A DNA stretch of 64,000 nt from Candidatus Babeliales bacterium (GCA_963722075.1 CAVRJM010000001.1:1184001-1248000), one strand, 5' to 3'; counted from the stretch's first letter, positions 30,001 through 38,886 are shown. The notes: a model not told the origin generated them from the sequence alone. Numbers and translations are program-made.

Positions 30001-30438
30001 TTATTTTTTCAGTGCAAGCCAAGTGAAAAGAGCAATTAAGCTAGCGCCGCCGACTCCCAACCCGGTAGCAATTTGCACTTTTTTATTTTTATAAAATGGC
30101 AGTATCTGTCCGCTGTTGCCAGGAGCAACATTATTCGTGTGTGATGTAGGATTTTTTAAATATTCTTGAGACTCGATTGATGGTGCTTCTTGATCTGCTG
30201 GTGGCGTTAACAGTTGTTGCAAGGTAGAATGATCAGCTGAATTGCTCATGGGAAATTGTGGCTGATTAATTTTTGGCGAAGGAAGTACCTCAGGTGCTGG
30301 TATATTAGTATCTACTTTGTGCCATTCAAGTGAGTCTGTTAATTTCTCGAGTTCTTTTTGTTTATCTTGCTCCATTGCAAACATAGACAATGGTAAAAAT
30401 AGAGCAAAACCGGTTAAAAATTTAGTAAGCATGTTCAT
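30001..30438 (-). CDS. Secreted tail-anchored protein with LIR-like motif
   Basis: AAGGAG RBS before MNMLTK; signal ending MFA|ME; DSLEWHKV; C-terminal TM followed by KK. Confidence 0.7.
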   Translation of the reverse strand: MNMLTKFLTGFALFLPLSMFAMEQDKQKELEKLTDSLEWHKVDTNIPAPEVLPSPKINQPQFPMSNSADHSTLQQLLTPPADQEAPSIESQEYLKNPTSHTNNVAPGNSGQILPFYKNKKVQIATGLGVGGASLIALFTWLALKK

Positions 30439-30602
30439 AATTAATAACTCCTTTATCAAATAATTATGATATTTTTTTCCAAGTATATGCACACAAAGCA
30501 ATAAAAGGCAAGACAAGATATTATTGCTGGCTTGGATAGAGAAATGTTATACTGATTAAAAAGGGCTATTTATTGCTATTTTTATTATAAAATGGAGAGG
30601 TT

Positions 30603-31271
30603 ATGAAGTCTATTAAAATTATGTTTTTTCTTAGTTCGGTTTTTCTAATAATATCATTGCAATCTAATGGTTTAAAAACTCCCGATGATTTCTTGTTTTT
30701 TGCCATTAAACAGTTTGGGCCAAGTTGGGATTCTTCTCCGGCTGTTAGAGAGCAATTAGAAAAAGGTGCCAACCCTAATGCTCAAAAGAAGGGCAAAACG
30801 GCGATTATGCAGGTAATTGAAGAAAAGTATGCCGGGAAAAACCGTATTAAACCATTGCTATTATTATTAGAACGTACAAATAATGTTGACTTTGTTGCTG
30901 ATAATGGGATGACTGCGCTTACCTTTGCGGCATCATTAGGTGACGATGATATGGTTAATGTATTATTAGAAAATGGTGCTAATCGTTATAAGAAAGATGC
31001 CTACGGCATGGATTATCTCGATTATATTGTGGAAAATGAGATCTATGAAAATAAACCAAATGAGCTAAAAGCAATTAGAATAGAACGAGAAAAAAATCTT
31101 TTAAATAAAGAATTATCAGAGTTTGAGGTTATTCGTTTGCGCCATGAAATTGAAGAAGAAGAATATGAGCGGCGCGAACAAAAAGAATGGGAAAAAGTTA
31201 GAGAGCTTGATAAAATTATACGAAAAGAATTAAGAGAACTTGAAGAAGGGTGGGAGTTGGTAGAGGAATAA
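30603..31271 (+). CDS. Secreted ankyrin-repeat protein with acidic LIR-like C-tail
   Basis: GANPN, GKTAIM, GMTALTFAA, LLENGAN ankyrin motifs; signal peptide. Confidence 0.85.
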   Translation: MKSIKIMFFLSSVFLIISLQSNGLKTPDDFLFFAIKQFGPSWDSSPAVREQLEKGANPNAQKKGKTAIMQVIEEKYAGKNRIKPLLLLLERTNNVDFVADNGMTALTFAASLGDDDMVNVLLENGANRYKKDAYGMDYLDYIVENEIYENKPNELKAIRIEREKNLLNKELSEFEVIRLRHEIEEEEYERREQKEWEKVRELDKIIRKELRELEEGWELVEE

Positions 31272-32629
31272 TGTATAAAAAAAGCTTATTTATCTTTCGT
31301 CGAGATTTGCGCTTAGAAGATAATATTGGCTTAAATGAAGCATTACGAAATTCAGCCCATGTTATTCCTTGTTTCATTTTTGATCTACGCCAATTATCAC
31401 CGGATAATGAATTCCGTTCATTACGTGCTATTACCTTTATGATAGAATCTTTGCTTGATTTACAAAAACAACTTAAACACGTCAATGGAAAGCTTTATTT
31501 TTTTTCGGGTATTGCTGAAGAAGTAGTAAAGAAAATAATAAAACAAGAGTCAATAGAAGCGGTATATTTTAATCGTGATTATACGCCATTCAGTATAAAG
31601 CGTGACGAAGCAATAAAAAAAGCGTGTATTCAAAATAATGTTGATTTTTTTATATGTGACGATGCGCTTTTAAATCCACCTGAATCAATAAAAACGCAAA
31701 AAAATGAACCGTTTTCAAAATTTACTCCGTATTATAAAAAAGCACTACTGTATTCCGTTGATAAACCTGCTTTTTTAGCAGGTGCTCATTTCTATCACAA
31801 ACCCATAAACGATACGCTTTCAGGTAATATAGACCCATTAATAGAAATTAAAAATGAGGTCATTAAGGGCGGCTCTAAAGAAGCAGCAAAGATTTTACGA
31901 TCATTAAAGAAATTTAAAAATTATGCGCATGAACATGATTTTCCTTCAATTGCTACCACCCATCTTTCAGCGCATAATAAATTTGGCACCGTTTCAATTA
32001 GGACTGTTTATCATGCAATAAAAAAGCAACTAGGAGCAGGGCATCCGCTGCTACGTCAATTATATTGGCGCGACTTTTTTACCTATGTTGCCTATCATTC
32101 TCCCTTTGTTTTTGGTGAGTCATTTTATAAAAAATATGAAAAGTTGTGGTGGAGTGATAATAAAAAATTATTTACATTGTGGTGCGAAGGCAAAACAGGA
32201 TTCCCTATTGTTGATGCAGGAATGAGAGAATTAAATCAAACAGGGTTTATGCATAATAGGGTGCGATTGCTAGTTGCATCATTCTTAGTAAAGGATTTGC
32301 ATATAAACTGGCTCTGGGGAGAACGCTATTTTGCCCAACATTTAATTGATTATGATCCAGCCGTAAATAATGGTAATTGGCAATGGTGTGCTTCTACTGG
32401 GTGTGATGCGCAGCCCTATTTTAGAATATTTAATCCCTGGTTACAGCAAAAAAAATTTGATGCTGAATGTGTATATATTAAAAAATGGATACCTGAACTC
32501 AAAGATGTAGAGAACGCTACTATTCATACCTGGTATGCGCAAAAGCAATCGATCAACAATTATCCATTACCAATTGTAGATCATGCTTATGAGAGCAAAA
32601 TAGCTAAAAAACTCTTTAAAAACCTCTAA
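31271..32629 (+). CDS. phrB: Deoxyribodipyrimidine photolyase (class I CPD)
   Basis: FRRDLRLEDN, LYWRDF, GKTGFPIVDAGMREL, GFMHNRVR, DYDPAVNNGNWQW, FRIFNP; TAATG overlap start. Confidence 0.95.
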   Translation: MYKKSLFIFRRDLRLEDNIGLNEALRNSAHVIPCFIFDLRQLSPDNEFRSLRAITFMIESLLDLQKQLKHVNGKLYFFSGIAEEVVKKIIKQESIEAVYFNRDYTPFSIKRDEAIKKACIQNNVDFFICDDALLNPPESIKTQKNEPFSKFTPYYKKALLYSVDKPAFLAGAHFYHKPINDTLSGNIDPLIEIKNEVIKGGSKEAAKILRSLKKFKNYAHEHDFPSIATTHLSAHNKFGTVSIRTVYHAIKKQLGAGHPLLRQLYWRDFFTYVAYHSPFVFGESFYKKYEKLWWSDNKKLFTLWCEGKTGFPIVDAGMRELNQTGFMHNRVRLLVASFLVKDLHINWLWGERYFAQHLIDYDPAVNNGNWQWCASTGCDAQPYFRIFNPWLQQKKFDAECVYIKKWIPELKDVENATIHTWYAQKQSINNYPLPIVDHAYESKIAKKLFKNL

Positions 32630-32693
32630 TATTGCAATTTGAAACTATAAAATAGTATAATTATAGTAGCTATTTATCTGAAAAGGAGTTATT

Positions 32694-33311
32694 ATGAATA
32701 AAAAATCACCTATTATAACCTTTCTTTTATCAACTGTTTTATTTTCTTTAGAAGCAAATCATAATATTGAAAAATATATTCCAAAGATTGCTGAGCAAAT
32801 TAACGCTCTAGAGTTTTATCACCCAAAAGTTCAAGGATGGACGCCTTTTGAGCAGATAAGTTTATTTTTACACCAAGCAGGTTTTAAACAAGAAAAACCA
32901 AACCCAAATATTCAAATTGATGGAAAAACTCTTTTGATGTATTTCATGGAAAAAGTAACAGGAAATCGTATCGAAGCGCTTAAACGTTTATTAAAAGTTT
33001 TAAATAATTATATGATGGATATAAATGTAATTGCTGATAATGGGATGACAGCACTTACATTTGCTGCCTCAAGAAATGATAATGAAATGGTAGAAGGATT
33101 AATCACGTATGGCAAAGCTGATGTTAATCAGCCTGATGCATTTGGCAAAACATATAGGGATTATTTAATAGAAAATGAAATAAAAAGAAAAGAAAAAGTG
33201 GAAGAGGAATTGCGAAGGGAATTTGAGTTTATTCGTACCAAAGAAGAATTGGAAGAAGAGCGGGAAAAAGAATTAGAAAAAGAACTTGAAGAATGGGAAA
33301 TAATTGGTTAA
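32694..33311 (+). CDS. Secreted ankyrin-repeat protein with acidic LIR-like C-tail (paralog of 30603)
   Basis: ADNGMTALTFAAS shared with the 30603 ORF; signal peptide. Confidence 0.85.
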   Translation: MNKKSPIITFLLSTVLFSLEANHNIEKYIPKIAEQINALEFYHPKVQGWTPFEQISLFLHQAGFKQEKPNPNIQIDGKTLLMYFMEKVTGNRIEALKRLLKVLNNYMMDINVIADNGMTALTFAASRNDNEMVEGLITYGKADVNQPDAFGKTYRDYLIENEIKRKEKVEEELRREFEFIRTKEELEEEREKELEKELEEWEIIG

Positions 33312-33336
33312 CCAATTACTATAAATGGAGTGTTGT

Positions 33337-33894
33337 ATGAAAATTAATAAATTATTTTTATTGGTATCGATGAGTTTTATTGCAAATTTATTTTGTTCAT
33401 ATTCTTTACGCCAAGATATTCCAAACAAAGCATTATTTGATGCTATTGAAAATGCGAATGTTAACGCGGTGAGAGTATTGTTAGCAGAAAAAAGAATTAA
33501 TCCAAATATACCATATCAAGGGAAATCTGCGCTTATTAAAGCAATTACGTTATCAGATCCTAATGCAAAAGCAATTGTGGAATTGCTCCTAAAGCATGAT
33601 GCTAATCCCGATTACATTGATGATTCGGGAATGACTCCTTTAGTAGCTGCTAAATATGTTAATAAGCCGGATATTGTTTTGCTGCTATTGCAATATGGGG
33701 CTCGGGTAACCACTGATAAAACATTACGTGAAGAGAAAAAGCCTAAAATTACCTGTCCGTATGAAAAAGGCCTTAAGAAATTAGAAAAAGAATTTTATAT
33801 GGTGCCTGAAGAGCCTAAAAAAGAAGAAGAGGAATGGACGGTAATCGAAAGCCCTAAATCTGCATGGGAGACATTAAAGCGCTGGCTCTATTAA
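33337..33894 (+). CDS. Secreted ankyrin-repeat protein with acidic LIR-like C-tail
   Basis: LFDAIEN, GKSALIKA, LLLKHDANPD, GMTPLVAA, LLLQYGA; signal peptide. Confidence 0.85.
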   Translation: MKINKLFLLVSMSFIANLFCSYSLRQDIPNKALFDAIENANVNAVRVLLAEKRINPNIPYQGKSALIKAITLSDPNAKAIVELLLKHDANPDYIDDSGMTPLVAAKYVNKPDIVLLLLQYGARVTTDKTLREEKKPKITCPYEKGLKKLEKEFYMVPEEPKKEEEEWTVIESPKSAWETLKRWLY

Positions 33895-33897
33895 AAA

Positions 33898-33926
33898 TTG
33901 ACAAATAAGATAAAAAATTATATGAT
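33898..33926 (+). promoter_or_regulatory. Sigma70-type promoter of tmRNA
   Basis: TTGACA-N17-TATGAT, 29 nt upstream of the tmRNA 5' end. Confidence 0.7.
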
Positions 33927-33955
33927 TATTGTTACTAAGAATCTTTGAAATATTT

Positions 33956-34380
33956 GGGGGCGTACTGGCTTCGACGTGGTATCGATAGGTTAAAGAGCAT
34001 GCCAAGTTTTGACTGAAAACTTGTAAAAGAATTGGTCGAAATATAAATGCAAACACTGTTAAAAGTGATGTTCCTGCAGCTTTATTTGGTTCAATCCAAA
34101 ATTCAGTATTTGGTGCTCAAGCAGCAGCTTGTGCTTAATTACTGAATAGTTCAGGACACTTGTTAGCATAACGTGCTTATCAGCGGTGCTAACACGTATT
34201 ACAAGAGATAAGACTTTCTCGCGTAGATTACATAATTTTGTAGCGAGAAAAAACACTAAATTATCCTTACTTTCTATCTGTGTTTTCGAGGTGAAGTAAC
34301 GGTATATTCGAAAACTGAGCATGGAGTACTTTAAGCTTGACATATTGCGGACATGGGTTCGATTCCCATCGCCTCCACCA
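33956..34380 (+). ncRNA. ssrA: Transfer-messenger RNA
   Basis: 5' GGGGGCG...TTCGAC; 3' T-arm GGGTTCGATTCCC and CGCCTCCACCA; tag ORF 34049-34138 ending AAACA. Confidence 0.95.
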
Positions 34381-34427
34381 GTCTTCGCCCTTCGGGCTAC
34401 GCCTGGCACGGCCAGTTTCTTTAGCGG

Positions 34428-35534
34428 CTAATAATTATGATCCAATACATCAATATATGGCTTAAACTTAAATAAACGGCCTCTTTTTTGTTGCGTTTCT
34501 TCTACTAAGATCCCATTTGCCATAAAATCAGTAATAATTTTATGAGCCGTATTATACGAAGTATTGAGCTGCTTACTGAGTTCTTGAATATTAATAATCG
34601 GTATCCTAAAAAAAATTGATAATGCTTTTAACCGTGTACGCATGGTTGCGGTTGACTGTTTTTCTTGCGTAATTTGATCCCGCAGTGAGTGTTCTAATGA
34701 AGCGATATCTTTTGCGCGTCGGTGAGCATCAATGCTTGTTTCTTTGATAGCGGTTAAATAAAAAAGCACCCATCCTTCAAAATCGCCTTTGGTACGTACT
34801 TGATCAAGTCGTTGATAATACTCAAGTTGATTCTTTTTAAAATAATAAGAAAGATACAAAATGGGTTCATCAAGTAATTTGTTATCAATGAGCATAAGTG
34901 CGATTAATAATCTACCAATACGGCCATTGCCATCTAAAAAAGGGTGTATGGTTTCAAATTGAACATGGGCAAGACCTGCTTTAATAAGCGGCATAGGTTC
35001 TTCGCTGTTAATATACTTTTCTAAATCGGTCATTAAATCTGGAATTAATTGTGGTGGTGGTGGAATTAGAGCGCCCACGCGTACTGGTTGTTTTCGATAA
35101 TGACCTGGATTGGCTTTTTCGCCTTCTCCTTTCTCCATCAATGTTTTATGCGCAGCAAGAATTACGCGCGAAGAAATAGGCAATCCCTCTTTTTTGACCA
35201 TATCAACTGCTTTATAAATAGCGGTACAGTAGTTCATCACTAGTTGTGTATCCTTACCTGCCTTGCCGCCGCTTAATGGTTGAGTAAAAACATCTAAAAG
35301 CGTAGTGTGAATTCCTTCAATTGAAGAGGATAAAAGCGCTTCTTTAATGACATATGATTTGATAAATCGCTTTGGATCGGGTAAACTATTAGTCATCTCG
35401 TTTAGTTTGCCCAATTGAAGCATCGCTTCTCCGTATGCATCTATGATTTTTTCATTTAGTAATAATGGCGGTTCGTGGGGCGGTAATGAATCAGGTATAA
35501 AATAGCTATCTTCGTAATGGCCCGTTATACGCAT
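34428..35534 (-). CDS. Fic-domain protein (AMPylase family) with C-terminal HTH-like region
   Basis: HPFLDGNGRIGR Fic motif; SSSIEG inhibitory motif. Confidence 0.92.
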   Translation of the reverse strand: MRITGHYEDSYFIPDSLPPHEPPLLLNEKIIDAYGEAMLQLGKLNEMTNSLPDPKRFIKSYVIKEALLSSSIEGIHTTLLDVFTQPLSGGKAGKDTQLVMNYCTAIYKAVDMVKKEGLPISSRVILAAHKTLMEKGEGEKANPGHYRKQPVRVGALIPPPPQLIPDLMTDLEKYINSEEPMPLIKAGLAHVQFETIHPFLDGNGRIGRLLIALMLIDNKLLDEPILYLSYYFKKNQLEYYQRLDQVRTKGDFEGWVLFYLTAIKETSIDAHRRAKDIASLEHSLRDQITQEKQSTATMRTRLKALSIFFRIPIINIQELSKQLNTSYNTAHKIITDFMANGILVEETQQKRGRLFKFKPYIDVLDHNY

Positions 35535-35687
35535 TTTTATCCCTTTTTACGGCATTTTGTTTCAATAAATAGTTCTTAATTGAAATAATCATTCAAATTG
35601 CTCTCTTTTATTTAATAAAATAATTATACAATGAAATAAAGAATACAAGAAGGTTGATTTTATGCGACCAGAATTTCGGATAAATAA

Positions 35688-35862
35688 TTGACTTTTAGAA
35701 TTGTATAATTTACAATTAGAATATAAAAATATATTGAAATTAGGGGGCGTACAGCTTCGACGCGCTCATGAAAACGGGAAGGGGATGCCGAGTTTCGACT
35801 GATTTCATTTTCAATATCACGAGCTTGTAAAAAGAAAAACTCTTGATTCAAACAAGCTGTTT
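35688..35862 (+). ncRNA. Diverged copy of the tmRNA promoter and 5' domain, without a 3' tRNA-like end
   Basis: TTGACT-N17-TACAAT, then GGGGGCGTACAGCTTCGACG...ATGCCGAGTTTCGACTGA...CTTGTAAAAAGAA, colinear with ssrA 33956-34060. Confidence 0.6.
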
Positions 35863-35901
35863 TAGGTATACTTAAATTAGGTATGATAAAGGGAGGGTAC
35901 C

Positions 35902-36288
35902 ATGAGATCACATTTTAATTTTACTTTTCTTTTTTTGCTTTTCATAAATTTCTTTTTTAATAGCTACTCATTTGATATTGGTGCTGATGATGAAGGGTTT
36001 GAAGATATTTTTAGTGAAGATATGGGTGGCAGAGTAAATTTTTCTGAGGATATTATTAATCCTGAAGTTGGTCCAGACCAAAAAAAGGAAGAAGCGCCAC
36101 GTCCTATTGAATATCCTGAAGTTCGTTATAAAGTTATTAATCCGGAACAGGAAATTAGTGAGCCAGCAGTTGATACGTCTATAAAAATTCCTTTAGAAGA
36201 TGTTCCTGTAGAAGATATTTCTTTAGAAAATGATGAAAGTGATGGAATTGTAACAATTCCTGAGCTTGAAATTATTGAAGATCAATAA
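35902..36288 (+). CDS. Secreted highly acidic, likely disordered protein with LIR-like motif
   Basis: GGGAGG RBS; signal peptide; DDEGFEDI. Confidence 0.65.
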   Translation: MRSHFNFTFLFLLFINFFFNSYSFDIGADDEGFEDIFSEDMGGRVNFSEDIINPEVGPDQKKEEAPRPIEYPEVRYKVINPEQEISEPAVDTSIKIPLEDVPVEDISLENDESDGIVTIPELEIIEDQ

Positions 36289-36307
36289 TTGCATAGAGAT
36301 AAAAATG

Positions 36308-36347
36308 AAAAGGGCCGATATCAGTAATGATATCGGCCCTTTTTTTT
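36308..36347 (+). terminator. Rho-independent terminator
   Basis: AAAAGGGCCGATATC-loop-GATATCGGCCCTTTT with a T run. Confidence 0.85.
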
Positions 36348-36354
36348 ATAATGA

Positions 36355-37480
36355 CAGGACTTACGCATAAGTAGCACCAATATAACGATCTAATCGAGTG
36401 AACATACGATTTAGAGAAGAAGGATTTTTATTCTTAAAGGCTGTGATAGCGGCTTCTGGATTCTTATAAGAATCCAATTGAGCGATTGAATAAGCTAAGA
36501 AGACAGCGCAGATATGATCAAATTGCGTAACTATTTTTCTGGAAAAGCATTCTTGAAGGCCTAAGCTTTGCTTAGAAGTTCTGATTAATTTTTCTATTCC
36601 CCAACGATTTTTATAATTAGTAGCATGTTGCTTTGGAGTGGCTTTATACGTTGCAGCCTGGTAAACAATAGTTTCATTACCATGCTTATCAATGCGCCTT
36701 ACGGCAGTAATGTAAAGGGAAAGACCATGCCAAACAATGGTTATAGTGCGAGCCATCTGCCGGCCCTTTGGGCGTATTTCTTTAATTTCATGCAACTTTC
36801 TTTTTTTCCCTTTATATTCAACTACACGGTTACTATGCATACGCACTTCGGTTGCAATATTATTTTCTATAGCCCATTTTAAATATTCCACCGAAGCAAA
36901 TGCACCATCCAAAACTGCAATAATTCTTGCATTGGGAAAAAGTTTTTGAGCTTCGATGATAAATAGTTGTACCGTGATTATTAATGCTTGCTTGGGATTC
37001 TGATAAAACTCTTTTCCAAATGTAAAAACAGTATTGATTGGCACAGTAAATTTACCATCGGAAATGGCACTAATAAGCAATTTATATGCGTTAATGGATC
37101 TACCAATTTTTGTGTCAAAAAACCAACACGTACCATCCATCATTTGGGAGTAAATTTTCTTAATAGTTGTTTCATCTATGATTACTAATAGCTCTTTTTT
37201 ATGAGCAAAAATTTGTTGGGCAATTCTTTTTGATTGTTCAAGGCTTTCACGTCCTGATCGCAACATGCGATTAACAGTGTCACCACTTTTTTTGATGAGC
37301 TTACCCATATTTTCAAAACTTCTTTTTCCAATATTGGTAAGGATTGTAAGTAATGGATAAGTTGCTATATTATTAACAATGATCATTTAGGTTCTCCTTC
37401 GATTTAGTTGTTTTAGGAGAGCCTATTATTTTTTTAAAATACGTCTAGATCATATCTTTAAGTTATTTGCGCAAGTCCTG
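36355..37480 (-). mobile_element. Insertion sequence (IS4/IS701-like), 1126 bp
   Basis: TIRs CAGGACTTACGCA and CAGGACTTGCGCA; 6-bp TSD TAATGA at 36349-36354 and 37481-37486. Confidence 0.9.
36361..37386 (-). CDS. DDE transposase
   Basis: IIDETT, VLDGAF, YKNRWGIEKLIRTSK (YREK-like). Confidence 0.9.
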   Translation of the reverse strand: MIIVNNIATYPLLTILTNIGKRSFENMGKLIKKSGDTVNRMLRSGRESLEQSKRIAQQIFAHKKELLVIIDETTIKKIYSQMMDGTCWFFDTKIGRSINAYKLLISAISDGKFTVPINTVFTFGKEFYQNPKQALIITVQLFIIEAQKLFPNARIIAVLDGAFASVEYLKWAIENNIATEVRMHSNRVVEYKGKKRKLHEIKEIRPKGRQMARTITIVWHGLSLYITAVRRIDKHGNETIVYQAATYKATPKQHATNYKNRWGIEKLIRTSKQSLGLQECFSRKIVTQFDHICAVFLAYSIAQLDSYKNPEAAITAFKNKNPSSLNRMFTRLDRYIGATYA

Positions 37481-37551
37481 TAATGAAGCTGCTAGCGCGG
37501 ATAAAAAACAGGCGAGAGATATAATTATTTCAATTAATTTGACTCATTTTA

Positions 37552-38784
37552 CTTAAGTTTGGACAACTTCATTGTTAATAACTCCTAAAGGCATCAAACG
37601 CAATATACTTAGCCGAAATATTGTCGCGCAGGTAAAATTGAACTTGGCATATTGCTTTCCTAAGCTTGTGACGAGTATATGAATAAATCATATTAAGCAG
37701 AACATGCAATCCACTGAATTTGAGCCGCTCGCGCTTAGAAAGCACCTGATTACGTACTATTTCTCCAATCAAAATCAATAAGTTGTAAGCTATTAAGCCG
37801 ATTAGAAGCAATTTATGAAGATTATTCACCGTTTTGTTCATAAGTTTTGTAAAGCCCAATTTATCTTTTATGTCTTTGAAACTTTCTTCAATTTTCATAC
37901 GTTTTTTATAGTATTTTAAACCTTCGCATGGTTCACAATTTGTAATTACATATAAAGCTTCATGCATATTGGATTGCCATTCAGCAGCTATATTTACTTT
38001 GACATTTCCCTTATAATAAACTTCTTTCCAATTCTTCTTTGAACCTCGTGTAATAGAAATATCGATTTTACGGTACTTTTTATCAGTTATATTCACTGTA
38101 TGCCTTCCAGAATTAACTTTTAAGCGTATTGCATAATGAATTTGACGTGTGGTAAAGAATTTAATCATCTCTTCATTAGATAATTCTCGATCAGCAATAA
38201 TTATCTTATTGCAAAGCAAGTCAAATAATGGCTGTAAGGCATTTTGTAGAAACTTCCATTTGCCAATATTAGTCTGATCGATTGTTGAAGAGGATATTAT
38301 ATCTGCGAATATCACTTTTGATCGTCCTTTGAATGGTACACTTAATGCCAAAATATTGTACCCATGCGTTTTTCCATCTTTTAAATAACCAACATAATTA
38401 GTTTTATTAGCGCCTTTTCGAACCATCTCAGTAAAATCCAATAATATCATTTTGCTTGTTGAATCAATAAATGTTAAAAGAGCTTCTGACAGCTGCGATA
38501 CATCTAGCTTATTAAGCATCCTCGTAATCTTTTTATAATTCGTTTCATAATTGCCGGGCAACGCTGCAGAAATACTGGAAATTCTAAGTCTTCTTGTTTG
38601 CTGAAAGCTCCAAATCATTGATCCGATCAATTCTGCGAATTCTATTTTGAATATTTTTAGTGAATTAATCATTTTTATGATACAATTTTTAGCAATCATG
38701 ATTTCTCCTGATTTTGGCGTTTTTTCTTGTTTTTTAAAAAATACACCAGATCAGGAGTTTCTTCTATTTATGTCCGAACTTCAG
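37552..38784 (-). mobile_element. Insertion sequence (IS4 family), 1233 bp
   Basis: TIRs CTTAAGTTTGGACA and CTGAAGTTCGGACA; 6-bp TSD ATTTTA at 37546-37551 and 38785-38790. Confidence 0.88.
37575..38699 (-). CDS. IS4-family DDE transposase
   Basis: LLDFTE, IADRE, YKKRMKIEESFKDIK (YREK). Confidence 0.9.
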   Translation of the reverse strand: MIAKNCIIKMINSLKIFKIEFAELIGSMIWSFQQTRRLRISSISAALPGNYETNYKKITRMLNKLDVSQLSEALLTFIDSTSKMILLDFTEMVRKGANKTNYVGYLKDGKTHGYNILALSVPFKGRSKVIFADIISSSTIDQTNIGKWKFLQNALQPLFDLLCNKIIIADRELSNEEMIKFFTTRQIHYAIRLKVNSGRHTVNITDKKYRKIDISITRGSKKNWKEVYYKGNVKVNIAAEWQSNMHEALYVITNCEPCEGLKYYKKRMKIEESFKDIKDKLGFTKLMNKTVNNLHKLLLIGLIAYNLLILIGEIVRNQVLSKRERLKFSGLHVLLNMIYSYTRHKLRKAICQVQFYLRDNISAKYIAFDAFRSY

Positions 38785-38793
38785 ATTTTAATA

Positions 38794-38886
38794 TTGACAT
38801 TTAAAATAAATTAATTTTAACCTATCTTAATTCCATTAAAATACAAAAAAGAGAGTATACTTTTTAAAAAAAGGAAAGAGGGTTAA
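38794..38886 (+). promoter_or_regulatory. Promoter/leader duplicated in front of both CC-repeat genes
   Basis: TTGACATTTAAAATAAATTAATTTTAA...GAGGGTTAAATG, near-identical at 42357-42444. Confidence 0.6.

Noticed and set aside
34059..34409. 116-aa minus-strand ORF
   Set aside because: Antisense to tmRNA
34381..34416. GC-rich hairpin GCCCTTCGGGC right after tmRNA as a separate ncRNA or terminator
   Set aside because: Too short and lacks an adjacent U-tract; may be a REP-like remnant but is single-copy in this window
33956..35862. Permuted two-piece tmRNA, or an integrative element with attL/attR
   Set aside because: The first tmRNA is complete and one-piece; no 3' ssrA duplicate and no integrase are visible in the window
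35660..35911. 83-aa minus-strand ORF
   Set aside because: Antisense to the tmRNA-like 5' copy and its promoter; no coding features
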